Of a stretch of DNA of 64,000 nucleotides, positions 31,115 through 41,028 are shown piece by piece; position 1 is the stretch's first letter; every line of letters begins with the position of its first letter. The stretch covers positions 26,800 through 90,799 of the forward strand of contig CALWJV010000002.1 in the NCBI GenBank assembly GCA_944381115.1, given 5' to 3'. The position numbers and the translations under genes are program-made. This stretch comes from an uncultured Clostridia bacterium (lineage in GTDB: Bacteria; Bacillota; Clostridia; Oscillospirales; CAG-272). A model generated the notes under the pieces. The model was given only the letters and a program-made list of their open reading frames with translations, was not told where the DNA came from and made no database searches.

Positions 31115-32389
31115 ATGTTTATAGATAAAGTTAAAATTTATACAAAAGCCGGAAACGGCGGAAACGGATGCGTTTCTTTCCGACGTGAAAAATACGTTTC
31201 CCACGGAGGCCCTGACGGAGGAGATGGAGGTAAAGGCGGAAATATTGTACTACGTATAGATGAGGGTACAAATACTCTTTTTCTTTACAAAAACAAAAAA
31301 AAGTTTATTGCACAAAACGGCGGAGACGGTATGTCAGGTAAAATGCATGGGAAAAACGCCGAAGATCTTGTGCTTACCGTTCCTCCGGGAACCGTCGTAC
31401 GTGATGCAACAACCGGTGCAGTGATAAAAGATATGTCAAATTGCGGAGATTATATACTTTGTAAAGGCGGTAAGGGTGGTTGGGGTAACCGCCATTTTGC
31501 AACCCCCACAAGACAGATCCCCAGATTTGCAAAAGCCGGAATGACCGGTGAAGAACATGAAGTTATTTTGGAACTTAAAATGCTTGCTGATGTCGGACTT
31601 GTAGGTCTTCCAAGTGCCGGAAAATCCTCTGTTTTAGCCGCAATTAGTTCTGCACATCCCAAAGTCGCGGCATATCACTTCACTACCCTCTCTCCGATTC
31701 TAGGTGTCGTTACTCTTTCGGAAAACAGAAGTTTTGTATGTGCAGATATTCCTGGACTTATTGAAGGTGCTTCAGAAGGCGCAGGACTTGGCCTTGACTT
31801 TCTTCGCCACATAGACCGTTGCCGTATGCTTATACACGTGGTTGATATTTCCGGAACCGAAAGTACAGACCCTGTTAATGACATTGAAATAATCACAGCT
31901 GAACTTGAAAAATACAGCCCGTCTCTTGCAAGCCGTCCGAGAATAGTCGCTGCAAACAAGATAGACGCACATAACCCTGATCTTGTTGATCTTAAAAAAT
32001 TTGAAAAATATATTGATGAAAAGGGATACGAACTTATTTACATTTCAGCCGCCACCGGTGAAAATATTGTAGACCTCATTAAACTCACCTACGAAAAACT
32101 TAAACTCCTTCCTCCTCTTACACTTTATGAAAAAGAATATAAAGAGGATGACCCAGCAAATCCGTCAGACAAAACGGTCACCGTTCATAACAAAAACGGC
32201 GTATTCGAGGTCGAAGGAGAATGGCTCTACAGATTTATGGGTAACATAAATTTTTCGGACAGAGAGTCTCTTATGTTTTTCCAAAGAATATTACGTGAAA
32301 ACGGCGTAATAGATGCGCTTGAAGCAGCAGGTTGCGGCGAAGGTGATACGGTAAGTATTTATGACTTTGAATTCGACTTTATAGAATAA
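31115..32389 (+). CDS. obg: GTPase Obg/CgtA
   Basis: 'MFIDKVKIYTKAGNGGNGCVSFRREK', a Gly-rich Obg fold, the G-domain 'GLPSAGKSS' and a C-terminal TGS-like OCT domain. Confidence 0.95.
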   Translation: MFIDKVKIYTKAGNGGNGCVSFRREKYVSHGGPDGGDGGKGGNIVLRIDEGTNTLFLYKNKKKFIAQNGGDGMSGKMHGKNAEDLVLTVPPGTVVRDATTGAVIKDMSNCGDYILCKGGKGGWGNRHFATPTRQIPRFAKAGMTGEEHEVILELKMLADVGLVGLPSAGKSSVLAAISSAHPKVAAYHFTTLSPILGVVTLSENRSFVCADIPGLIEGASEGAGLGLDFLRHIDRCRMLIHVVDISGTESTDPVNDIEIITAELEKYSPSLASRPRIVAANKIDAHNPDLVDLKKFEKYIDEKGYELIYISAATGENIVDLIKLTYEKLKLLPPLTLYEKEYKEDDPANPSDKTVTVHNKNGVFEVEGEWLYRFMGNINFSDRESLMFFQRILRENGVIDALEAAGCGEGDTVSIYDFEFDFIE

Positions 32390-32433
32390 GCGTAACTTTT
32401 TTACCTTAATTTTCGGAAGGAATAGTTATATTA

Positions 32434-33234
32434 ATGAATAATCAAACAGATTTTATAAAAACCAGAATATTTCTTTTTAAAGATTTAAAACTTAATGATA
32501 TAACATCTGAGCATCACGGCAATCATCTTCATCACTTTTTTTATTTTAATACAAATAACTGCATTATTAAATTTGAAAACGGTTCTGAACGTGCTCCTTC
32601 AGAAGGTACGGTATGTTACATAGCACCGAATATTGCATTTAAAATTATCGGTGCAGAGAATGAAGAAGATATTGTCGGAATTGCCGCTTACGGCTCTCTG
32701 GCCGATTCATTTGCCTTTTCATGCAACGCTCTTACAATGCATCTTTCAATTCGTCCTACCGCCATTGATGCGTTCGAAAATATCGTAATGCTTATGAAAA
32801 ATATTCATATGAATTCGGAAACTGTCAATAGAATTGCCTCAGCATTCTATTCTTTGTTAATTGAACTTGTATTCTCCCCTTTACATACAATTGAAAGTAA
32901 ACCTGAAATCACAGCATATAAAATTAAAAGTTATATAGAGTCAAATATAGATTCTGATATTTCCGTAACAACTATTGCAAAACAGTTTTATCTCAGCGAA
33001 ACTCACGTTATCAGAATTTTTAAAGAAAAATACGGCGTAACACCTAAACAGTATATTTTAAAATGTAAAATCGATGCTTCAAAACTCATGCTCCTTCACA
33101 CATCTTTGCAAATTAAAGAAATCGCAATGAATTATCATTTTTCAGACAGTTACCATTTTTCACATACATTTAAGCGTTTTATGGGAATTTCTCCCGAAAA
33201 ATACCGTATGCGTGAAGAGGAAAGAAAAAAATAA
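32434..33234 (+). CDS. AraC family transcriptional regulator
   Basis: 266 aa with a C-terminal HTH_18 ('..IKEIAMNYHFSDSYHFSHTFKRFMGISPEKYR'). Confidence 0.8.
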   Translation: MNNQTDFIKTRIFLFKDLKLNDITSEHHGNHLHHFFYFNTNNCIIKFENGSERAPSEGTVCYIAPNIAFKIIGAENEEDIVGIAAYGSLADSFAFSCNALTMHLSIRPTAIDAFENIVMLMKNIHMNSETVNRIASAFYSLLIELVFSPLHTIESKPEITAYKIKSYIESNIDSDISVTTIAKQFYLSETHVIRIFKEKYGVTPKQYILKCKIDASKLMLLHTSLQIKEIAMNYHFSDSYHFSHTFKRFMGISPEKYRMREEERKK

Positions 33235-33269
33235 AAACATACACCGTATTAAATTAAATTCAATCAATA

Positions 33270-33314
33270 AAAAAGAGTGAATGGGACAACGCTTTGTCTG
33301 CTCACTCTTTTTAT
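33270..33314. terminator. bidirectional terminator between the AraC gene and the XRE gene
   Basis: Nested stem agagtga..gacaa cgct ttgtc..tcactct, flanked by an A-run upstream and TTTTT downstream. Confidence 0.55.
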
Positions 33315-33352
33315 TTATGAAACACTTTTAAAAGATATACGGTACCAATTTT

Positions 33353-33586
33353 TCAATCGCTAAGGTCAAAAATTTCCTCATAACTTACCTTTAAGATATT
33401 TTTGATCAAAATTATCTCATCGGGGTACAGATGCCTTTGTCCGACTTCTATTTTTGCAACTGCACTGCGTGTAATATCGCAACCTGACAATTGCATACGA
33501 GCCGCCAACATCTCTTGTGTCATATTGCGTTTTTCGCGAAGACTTCTTATGTTTTTCGCGACTTTTTTCTCTGTTTTTAAATTCAT
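33353..33586 (-). CDS. XRE-family helix-turn-helix transcriptional regulator (77 aa)
   Basis: 'IRSLREKRNMTQEMLAARMQLSGCDITRSAVAKIEVGQR' is a classic HTH_3. The start is set at ATG 33586, because the 158-aa track ORF would run through the divergent promoter and the neighbouring gene. Confidence 0.75.
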   Translation of the reverse strand: MNLKTEKKVAKNIRSLREKRNMTQEMLAARMQLSGCDITRSAVAKIEVGQRHLYPDEIILIKNILKVSYEEIFDLSD

Positions 33587-33620
33587 ACCCGGTCCTTTTA
33601 CAATTTTTTTTTTAAATCTC

Positions 33621-33649
33621 TTGACATTATTATACAGCAGTGCTATAAT
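33621..33649 (+). promoter_or_regulatory. consensus sigma-A promoter of the zinc-ribbon membrane protein gene
   Basis: Perfect TTGACA (33621-33626), 17 nt, TATAAT (33644-33649). Confidence 0.6.
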
Positions 33650-33705
33650 TATTTTGCACTTATATAGGTGCATAATATTTTTAGGAAACATTAGGAGATA
33701 TAAAT

Positions 33706-34080
33706 ATGTATTGTAAAAATTGTGGCGAAAAAATTGAAGACGGCGGATTATTTTGTCCAAACTGCGGACACCCTGTGGCAGATACTGAAAATAAAGAAAA
33801 AACAAAAATTTCCAGTTTAAAAATTGCAATAAAGGTAGTTATGTTATTGGCACTTTTTTATAGAGGATTAATTTATATAGCGCTTTTTATTTCTTTTTTG
33901 TTTGAAATAAAATTGATATCTTTAATTATGTTTGTTATGTTTGCTCTTAGTATTTCTTTGACTGTAATTATTTTTAAAAAAATAAACCGCCATCAACATT
34001 TGTCTGCGGGTTTTAAATTATTAACTATTTTATTTATAAGTTTCTTAGGGGGTATTTTAATGATTGCAGATAATGACTGA
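33706..34080 (+). CDS. zinc-ribbon domain membrane protein (124 aa)
   Basis: N-terminal 'CKNCGEKIEDGGLFCPNCG', then 3-4 hydrophobic helices. GGAG RBS ('ttaggagatataaatATG'). Confidence 0.6.
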   Translation: MYCKNCGEKIEDGGLFCPNCGHPVADTENKEKTKISSLKIAIKVVMLLALFYRGLIYIALFISFLFEIKLISLIMFVMFALSISLTVIIFKKINRHQHLSAGFKLLTILFISFLGGILMIADND

Positions 34081-34149
34081 GACGATACATTATCATTTCT
34101 ATATCGGTTATTTACATCAAAAAAATTGAGACAAACGACATATATAAAA

Positions 34150-34176
34150 AACGGAAAATCTCCGTTTTTTTTTTTT
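34150..34176 (+). terminator. terminator of the zinc-ribbon gene
   Basis: aacgga/aaatc/tccgtt hairpin followed by a 12-nt T-run. Confidence 0.6.
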
Positions 34177-34180
34177 GCAA

Positions 34181-34210
34181 AAATAAAACCACGCCATATT
34201 CAGCGTGGTT
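34181..34210 (-). terminator. terminator of the ABC transporter gene
   Basis: aaccacgc/catattca/gcgtggtt hairpin, followed by ttttattttt on the minus strand. Confidence 0.6.
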
Positions 34211-34258
34211 CAAAATCGGTATAATTTAAATAACTCAAAAAATAAACGAACATGTGAA

Positions 34259-36223
34259 TTATTCTTCCGATATTATATCGGCATTTTCAATATATCTCTT
34301 TGCCTGGGTTGAGAACAGTTCATAATATCTTCCCTTTTTCTCCATGAGTTCCGAATGACTTCCCATTTCGATAAGCGAACCGTATTCAAGTACAAGTATC
34401 TTATTTGCCGTTGTTGCACTCGAAAGTCTATGAGATACAAAAATTGTCGTTTTATGTTTACGAAGTTCATCAAACCGGTTAAATATCTCCTGCTCTGCCA
34501 TCGGGTCAAGAGACGCCGTCGGTTCATCAAGTATTATTATATCTGAATCAGAATAAAACGCTCTTGCAATGGCAAGTTTCTGCCACTGTCCTATTGAAAG
34601 TTCTATTCCGTTTTCTTCAAATATACGCATAAGCGGTGTGTCGTATCTGTCAGGAAGTTTTTCTATAAATTCATCAGCACTGCTTTGAATCGCCGCTTCC
34701 TTTATTTTTCCGTCATCTATGGTCTTATCGATTTCTCCGAATGCTATATTCTCCGTTACCGAAAAAGCATATTTCCCAAAATCCTGAAAAATTATGCCAA
34801 ACATGTCATATAGTTCTTTTGTATTATATTCCCTTATATCTCTGCCGTCAAGATATATCTTTCCCTCCGTCGGATCGTAGAGCCTTGTCAACAATTTTAT
34901 AAGCGTAGTCTTTCCTGCACCGTTAAGCCCTACCAGAACAACTGTATCTCCCTGGTTAATTGTGAACGAAACATTCTTGATAACATCTGTCATTGTACCG
35001 GGATATCTGAATGAAACATTATCAAACTTTATTGTATGAGGAGCACCCTTTTTTATTTCTGCGGGTTTTCCAATAATCGGAACAATATTTTTTTCCGTTT
35101 TCATGAAATCCATTACGTTTTCAATAAACAGTGTTCCTTCATATATCGTCGCTGTGGTTGATATTAGTGTCCCGACTCCTCCCGATATACTCGTAAGCGC
35201 ACTTACATAAAGTGAATAATCTCCTATTTGCTGGCTTCCGTTACATACCTGTATTGCAATATATACAAATAGCGCACAGTTTACTGCGGTATTAAGAATA
35301 GTAAGACCTATATGCCAAAGTCCCTCTGCAACAAAAAGCCTTTTTAATCCTGCAAAGTACTTTTTGAATGTTCCTTTATATTTGTCAATAAACATATCGG
35401 AAAGCGAAAACATCTTTATTTCTTTAACTATATCTTTATTTGTTATCACCCTTGAGTAATAATCCATCATCCTGCGCTCTTTTGAACGGTTTCTTATGTA
35501 CATTACATTTTTTCTGCGATAAATGAAATTTATTATCGCTGACGGAATTGCAAGTACGATTATAAATGCAGGTGCAAGCGGACTTACTGCACAAAGTACA
35601 ACAATAAACGAGACAATACTTATAAGTGTACTGAATATTTTAAATGTTGAATTAAGAATTTGAACAGGTCTGTGTCCGGCTTCTCTGTTGGCATTTTCCA
35701 ACTTTTCGTAAAATTCCGTCGTATCAAAATTTGCCAGATCAACGTCCTTTGCTTTATTCATTATTTTAAGTTTTATTCGGTTTACAACAAGTTCGCCGGA
35801 TACCCGCGTTACTATAGTATCAATATTTGAAAAAATACTTCTTGAAATTGTAAACGCAAGTTGAATAACAAGCCAGAAAATTACAGAGCGGCTTGCCTCA
35901 TTTGCAAGCATTGCATCTATTTGCTCTGCAAGCGGAAGACCTATCTCCAAAGTTCTTGCCGCCCCTGAAAGCGAATTTATTATGTTTGCGGTTATAAATG
36001 CATTTAAAACAGGTATTACGCCGTTTAAAATTGCTATAACTACCATTGAAAACAGTATCCAAGGTCCTGCTTCCCACACTATTCCGAAAATATAAAAGAG
36101 ACGTGAAAAAAAAGAAGTTAAAAGCGTTTTTAAAAAGCCCGGTACTTCTTTTATATTTTCAGGTCTTGGTATCGTATGGTATTTTTTATAATCTGGTTTT
36201 AACGGAGATATTCCCGACCCCAT
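34259..36223 (-). CDS. ABC transporter, fused permease/ATP-binding half-transporter (exporter type)
   Basis: An N-terminal 6-TM region, then Walker A 'GLNGAGKTT', signature 'LSIGQWQ' and Walker B 'IIILDEPT'. I prefer ATG 36223 (GAGGGG RBS) to 36256. Confidence 0.85.
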   Translation of the reverse strand: MGSGISPLKPDYKKYHTIPRPENIKEVPGFLKTLLTSFFSRLFYIFGIVWEAGPWILFSMVVIAILNGVIPVLNAFITANIINSLSGAARTLEIGLPLAEQIDAMLANEASRSVIFWLVIQLAFTISRSIFSNIDTIVTRVSGELVVNRIKLKIMNKAKDVDLANFDTTEFYEKLENANREAGHRPVQILNSTFKIFSTLISIVSFIVVLCAVSPLAPAFIIVLAIPSAIINFIYRRKNVMYIRNRSKERRMMDYYSRVITNKDIVKEIKMFSLSDMFIDKYKGTFKKYFAGLKRLFVAEGLWHIGLTILNTAVNCALFVYIAIQVCNGSQQIGDYSLYVSALTSISGGVGTLISTTATIYEGTLFIENVMDFMKTEKNIVPIIGKPAEIKKGAPHTIKFDNVSFRYPGTMTDVIKNVSFTINQGDTVVLVGLNGAGKTTLIKLLTRLYDPTEGKIYLDGRDIREYNTKELYDMFGIIFQDFGKYAFSVTENIAFGEIDKTIDDGKIKEAAIQSSADEFIEKLPDRYDTPLMRIFEENGIELSIGQWQKLAIARAFYSDSDIIILDEPTASLDPMAEQEIFNRFDELRKHKTTIFVSHRLSSATTANKILVLEYGSLIEMGSHSELMEKKGRYYELFSTQAKRYIENADIISEE

Positions 36224-36239
36224 ATTTTCACCCCTCATT

Positions 36240-37112
36240 TTAATATCCAAACTCAAAAAGTGTTTTTATTATATATTCTTCAAGGTCGTTTGGCAACATT
36301 GCTCGCCTTCCTTTTTCTTTTGCGCATTTGTCTGCTGCAAGACCATGGAGTACGGTCCCAATGATCGCAGCGTCTTCTCCGGAGTATCCGCACGCAAAAA
36401 AACCGGAGATAAGTCCGGAAAGTACGTCTCCGCTCCCGCCCTTTGCAAGCCCCTCATTTCCAAGACGACTTTCGTATACATCTCCGTTTTCATTAGAAAT
36501 AAAAGTAATATGATCCTTTAAAACCGTAATACATTTATTCTCTTTTGAAAACCCGGATGCGATCTCTTCAGGAGATTTCTTTATATCGGTTACGCATATT
36601 CCCGTCAACCTTGACATCTCACCTACATGAGGCGTAATAACAAAAGGTTTTTTAAAATTATTTAAAAGTTCTTTATTTTTACTTATCAAGTTGATCGCGT
36701 CAGCATCTATCACGGTTTTTTCAGAAATCTGCGCTACAACAGATACAATAGCCGCAGTATCGGTGCTTTGCCCAAGACCGGGACCCACTAAAAATGCCGT
36801 TGTTTTTTTTGCTGTCTCCGGAATTATTTTTTTCGTATCGGCACAAATCATCCCATCAGATGTACTGTTTACAGGAAAAAATATTGCACTCGGATGGCGT
36901 GCTGCAACTAAAGAAACTACCTTTTCGACTGATACAAGTCGTACTATACCGACTCCCGTTCTTAAAGCCGCGCCTACGGCAAGATCTGCTGCTCCACGGA
37001 ATTTTTCCGATCCTGCTAAAACGGTAAGTGTTCCGTTCGTACCTTTATTGGAGTTTTTTTCAAGTTTTTTTAGTCGTTCCACAAGATTTTTTTCATTCAG
37101 TATAGTATTCAT
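36240..37112 (-). CDS. nnrD: NAD(P)H-hydrate dehydratase (YjeF C-terminal domain only)
   Basis: 290 aa with 'KGTNGTLTVLAGS..FRGAA', 'ITPHVGEMSRL' and 'GGSGDVLSGLI'. Confidence 0.85.
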   Translation of the reverse strand: MNTILNEKNLVERLKKLEKNSNKGTNGTLTVLAGSEKFRGAADLAVGAALRTGVGIVRLVSVEKVVSLVAARHPSAIFFPVNSTSDGMICADTKKIIPETAKKTTAFLVGPGLGQSTDTAAIVSVVAQISEKTVIDADAINLISKNKELLNNFKKPFVITPHVGEMSRLTGICVTDIKKSPEEIASGFSKENKCITVLKDHITFISNENGDVYESRLGNEGLAKGGSGDVLSGLISGFFACGYSGEDAAIIGTVLHGLAADKCAKEKGRRAMLPNDLEEYIIKTLFEFGY

Positions 37113-37220
37113 TTCTTCTCTTTCTTATTTCAATACATGCAAAAAATTTTATATAAAAACAAAATTTTTAAAGTAATAAGACCATATGTCAAAGATACAA
37201 CTTGAAATATTTTTTAATTG

Positions 37221-38186
37221 TTAAAATTCACTCTTTTGCTCTCTTAAAAAAAGTGATGAAATAACTTCTTTCGGCTTCTTTTTTTCATGTATTATTTCAT
37301 TTATGGACGTACAAATCGGCATTTCCACATTGTATTTTTCTTTTAAATACATGAGTGAGCGAACGGTATACACACCCTCTGCAAGTTTATCGTAACTTTC
37401 TCCTTTGACAAACATTTCTCCGAATTTTCTGTTGTGTGAATGAGGTGAAAACAGTGTTGCTTCATAGTCACCAAGATGGCAGAGACCGAAAATGCTCCTT
37501 TCATCTCCACCCATAGAAATTGTAAGTCGTGCAATCTCCCTTGGTCCTCTCGCCATTAGCGCACCTTTAAGAGATGTATAATTAAGTCCGTCAAGTATTC
37601 CTGCAGCAATTCCTATTACATTTTTAGATGCCGCTCCAACTTCACATCCTACAAGATCGGTACTATAATAAAACCTGATAAGTGAAGAAGCAAACAAATC
37701 GCAAAAACTTTTTGCAAGATCTTTATCTTTGGATGCAAAAAGCATGCAGTTAGGTATCCCTTTAATAAAATCCTCTACATGTCCAGGACCGAGCCAAACA
37801 GCACACTTGGTATCCTCACCAAGAACTTCGCCGATAATTTCGGAAAGCCTTTTTCCACCTTCTTCAACTATCCCTTTCATACAAAGAATATATTTTTTGC
37901 CTCCGTTTCCGCAAAGAGTTTCTTTAATTTCTTTTACAAGTTCCGGAAATCCCTGTGCGCCCACAGATATAACTATTATTTCACTTGATTCCAATGCAAA
38001 AGAAAGTATATCTGTAAACATGATTTTATCAGAAAGAGTTATATATTCATTTTTACGCTCGGTTTTAAGTTTTTCAAAAGACATGCTTCCTTTTCTTCCG
38101 TACATCAGCACTTTATGTCCAAGCCCGGACAGGTACCAAGCAAGAAAAGAACCCCATCTCCCGCAACCGATTATTGTGATATTCAT
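37221..38186 (-). CDS. NAD(P)H-dependent glycerol-3-phosphate dehydrogenase family protein (divergent GpsA-like)
   Basis: 321 aa with 'ITIIGCGRWGSFLA', 'GPGHVEDF', 'GAASKNVIGIAAGILDG' and 'GDYEATLFSPHSHNRKFG'. Confidence 0.75.
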   Translation of the reverse strand: MNITIIGCGRWGSFLAWYLSGLGHKVLMYGRKGSMSFEKLKTERKNEYITLSDKIMFTDILSFALESSEIIVISVGAQGFPELVKEIKETLCGNGGKKYILCMKGIVEEGGKRLSEIIGEVLGEDTKCAVWLGPGHVEDFIKGIPNCMLFASKDKDLAKSFCDLFASSLIRFYYSTDLVGCEVGAASKNVIGIAAGILDGLNYTSLKGALMARGPREIARLTISMGGDERSIFGLCHLGDYEATLFSPHSHNRKFGEMFVKGESYDKLAEGVYTVRSLMYLKEKYNVEMPICTSINEIIHEKKKPKEVISSLFLREQKSEF

Positions 38187-38371
38187 AAAATTTCTCCGTG
38201 TTGAATTGAGTTATATTTTATTATATCAACAGCATTATGTCATGTCAACATTCATTATGTTAATTTTTAAGCATATCACATTTTGTTTACATTATATATG
38301 TTTTATATTTGTATAAATTTACTAAAATCAAATTGTTTTTCTTTACTAAACGGCGAATTTTTTAAAAATTA

Positions 38372-38400
38372 TTGATTTTTTCCTGATTTTGTGTTATAAT
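38372..38400 (+). promoter_or_regulatory. sigma-A-type promoter of hup
   Basis: TTGATT, 17 nt, TATAAT, with a TGn extended -10 (tgTGTTATAAT). Confidence 0.6.
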
Positions 38401-38451
38401 ATAGAAAAAAGATGATTTTTTCATCTGAAAACGAAAGGATTAAAAAAAACT

Positions 38452-38727
38452 ATGACAAAAACAAATTTAATTGAAATCGTTGCAGAAAAAACAGAATTTA
38501 AAAAAAGCGATGCGGAAAAAGCAGTCAACGCTGTTCTCGAAGCAATTGAAGAATCTCTTGCAGCAGGTGAAAAAATTCAGATAACCGGGTTCGGTACTTT
38601 TGAAATAAGAGAAAACAAAGAGCGCGAAGGAAGAAATCCTCAAACAGGTGAAAAAATTACTATCGCTGCCTCTAAAACCCCAACTTTCTCCGCTGGAAAA
38701 TCTCTCAAAGACGCTGTAAACGCTTAA
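38452..38727 (+). CDS. hup: DNA-binding protein HU
   Basis: 91 aa with '[14 protein letters not shown]', '[24 protein letters not shown]..' and '[12 protein letters not shown]'. Confidence 0.9.
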   Translation: MTKTNLIEIVAEKTEFKKSDAEKAVNAVLEAIEESLAAGEKIQITGFGTFEIRENKEREGRNPQTGEKITIAASKTPTFSAGKSLKDAVNA

Positions 38728-38748
38728 TTTAAAAAAGCAGAATATCTT

Positions 38749-38804
38749 CGGACTGATTTTCAAATATAAACGTTTCCATGCGTATATTTGTAAATCAGTC
38801 TTTT
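38749..38804 (+). terminator. strong terminator after hup
   Basis: 18-bp stem gactgattttcaaatata / tatatttgtaaatcagtc (1 mismatch), then TTTTTT. Confidence 0.7.
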
Positions 38805-38853
38805 TTAAATGATTTGTTATTTTTATTATTTATATTGCTAATCGGAGTTTAAA

Positions 38854-39129
38854 ATGAGACTTGATAAATACTTAAAAGTTTCCAGAATAATAAAACGTCG
38901 CACCGTCGCAAACGATGCATGCGATTCAGCTCATATTTCAGTAAACGGAAAAACTGCAAAGGCTTCTTACGATGTGAAAATAAACGATATAATTGAAATA
39001 GCATTTGGTCAGAAAATTTTGAAGATACGTGTTTTAGATATTAAAGAGCATACAATGAAAACTGATGCTCAGTCTCTTTATGAAGTTGTTGAACAACGTC
39101 AGTCTGACGTTATTAAACAACAACCTTAA
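38854..39129 (+). CDS. yabO: S4-domain RNA-binding protein (YabO/Hsp15-like)
   Basis: 'MRLDKYLKVSRIIKRRTVA' is an S4 motif. The position upstream of yabP-yabQ matches the Firmicute arrangement. Confidence 0.75.
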   Translation: MRLDKYLKVSRIIKRRTVANDACDSAHISVNGKTAKASYDVKINDIIEIAFGQKILKIRVLDIKEHTMKTDAQSLYEVVEQRQSDVIKQQP

Positions 39130-39193
39130 TGTCATAAACCAACTCCTATTTTCATATATATTTAAAAGTAAATATTATGAAAGGGAGACGGAA

Positions 39194-39478
39194 ATGGCTA
39201 TAAATAACACAGATTCTATAAAAAAGCACCGAATTGAAATTACCGAAAGATCAAATGTCATTATAACCGGTGTCAGCGATGTAATAAATTTTGACGAAGG
39301 TTCGGTTATCCTTGAAACAAGCGGAGGAATACTTTCAATTGACGGTCAAGATCTTCATATTGTTAACTTAAACGTCGATAACGGTGAAATAACTATTTCA
39401 GGAAGCGTAAATGGTATTATCTATCCAGGAAGTATCAGCAAAGGCGGGGGCGGAATTTTCCGTAAAAAATCAAAATAA
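39194..39478 (+). CDS. yabP: sporulation protein YabP
   Basis: 94 aa with 'HRIEITERSNVIITGVSDVINFDEGSVILETSGGILSIDGQDLHIVNLNVDNGEITISG'. Start at ATG 39194 (GGGAGA RBS). Confidence 0.8.
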   Translation: MAINNTDSIKKHRIEITERSNVIITGVSDVINFDEGSVILETSGGILSIDGQDLHIVNLNVDNGEITISGSVNGIIYPGSISKGGGGIFRKKSK

Positions 39479-40077
39479 TGGGGTTGCCTAAAGAAAATTT
39501 TGTAATTTTACTGTTATATTCCCTCACAGTAGGCGCTTTTCTCGGAATATTGTGGGATGCTTTCCGTATAATACGTATTGCATGTTACGGAAAAAAGAAA
39601 AACGGCGTACCTCCGCCTGTTAAACTCCCGGCAAATGAAAAAGAAGTGATTCGCGCTCTCGCATTTAAACATTCCCAAAAATTTTTCTCTTTGTCAGGAA
39701 TATTAATATTTTTATCTGATTTATTTTTTTGTATTTCTGCATCTATTTCGGTAATTTTGCTTATATTTCACCTTAACGGAGGACAAATTCGTGGGTTTGC
39801 AATTTTGGGTACATTCACGGGATTTACTGTTTATTATTTTACTGTCGGGAAGATAACTATTATTTTTTCCGATATAATTATAAAAGGAATTAAAAAATTA
39901 ATTTCACTTATACTATCTGTTACTTTAATACCTATAATGAACTTTTTTAAATACACTACTGAATATTTATTTTTAAAAATCAATTTTAAATTCAGAAAAA
40001 TGAAAACCAAAAATTATATAAATAAGCAAATAAAAAAATCCAAGTCAGGGTTTAACCTTTCAGAAGAAAAAAACTGA
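39478..40077 (+). CDS. yabQ: spore cortex biosynthesis protein YabQ
   Basis: A TAATG overlap joins it to yabP. It is a multi-TM protein with 'GAFLGILWDAFRIIRI'. Confidence 0.7.
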   Translation: MGLPKENFVILLLYSLTVGAFLGILWDAFRIIRIACYGKKKNGVPPPVKLPANEKEVIRALAFKHSQKFFSLSGILIFLSDLFFCISASISVILLIFHLNGGQIRGFAILGTFTGFTVYYFTVGKITIIFSDIIIKGIKKLISLILSVTLIPIMNFFKYTTEYLFLKINFKFRKMKTKNYINKQIKKSKSGFNLSEEKN

Positions 40078-40124
40078 TATTATATTATTAAATTTTATTA
40101 AAATATTAAAAAGGATTGTAAAAA

Positions 40125-40970
40125 ATGAGAGAAATCGACTGTGATGTTATAACAAAAACCGTAAAAGACCTTTTTATTAAAGCAAATATAATTTTGCCTG
40201 CTGATACCGAAAATGCTGTATTTGCAGCATGTGAAAAAGAAAGTTGCGCCGTTTCAGCGGCGGCTCTGCGTACCGCAAAAGAAAACCTTATTATCGCAAA
40301 AGAAGAAAATATGCCGATTTGTCAGGATACAGGTATGGCTGTCGTATTTTGCGAAATTGGAAATGAGGTACATATTACGGGCGGGTCTCTTACTGATGCT
40401 ATAAATGAAGGGGTAAGAAAAGCATACTCTGAAGGGTATTTTCGCTGTTCCGTCGTCGACGACCCGCTTTTTAACCGTAAAAACACCAACGATAACACTC
40501 CGGCAGTTATACATGTTGAATTTACACACGGAATTAATCTTAAACTCACGGTTGAACCAAAAGGTTTCGGCTCTGAAAACATGAGCAGAATAAAAATGTT
40601 CAATCCTTCTATAACAAAAGATGATATTATTAAATTTGCTGTACAGACTATAAAGGACGCCGGAGGAAATCCTTGTCCGCCTGTCGTTATCGGAATTGGT
40701 ATAGGCGGAACGTTTGACTACTCTGCCGTACTTGCAAAAAAGGCTCTTGCACGCAGTATTTCAGTCAGAAATCCCAATCCTCTTTACGCTTCTCTTGAAG
40801 AGGAAATTTTAACTGAACTTAATAAAACCGGAGTCGGTGCTCAAGGATTTGGCGGATACATAAGCGCCCTTGCGGTTAATATCGAGTACTTCCCTACTCA
40901 CATCGCAGGGTTGCCTGTTGCTATAAATGTAAACTGTCATATTGCAAGACATGCTGAAATTACAATTTAA
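40125..40970 (+). CDS. Fe-S class I fumarate/tartrate hydro-lyase, alpha subunit
   Basis: 281 aa with 'MPICQDTGM', 'GGNPCPPVVIGIGIGGT' and 'NVNCHIARH' (three cluster Cys). No beta-subunit gene follows. Confidence 0.85.
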   Translation: MREIDCDVITKTVKDLFIKANIILPADTENAVFAACEKESCAVSAAALRTAKENLIIAKEENMPICQDTGMAVVFCEIGNEVHITGGSLTDAINEGVRKAYSEGYFRCSVVDDPLFNRKNTNDNTPAVIHVEFTHGINLKLTVEPKGFGSENMSRIKMFNPSITKDDIIKFAVQTIKDAGGNPCPPVVIGIGIGGTFDYSAVLAKKALARSISVRNPNPLYASLEEEILTELNKTGVGAQGFGGYISALAVNIEYFPTHIAGLPVAINVNCHIARHAEITI

Positions 40971-41028
40971 AATTTCTTTTTCTAATAAATTGTTTTAAAA
41001 TAGTTAATATATTTTTTTAGCAAATATA

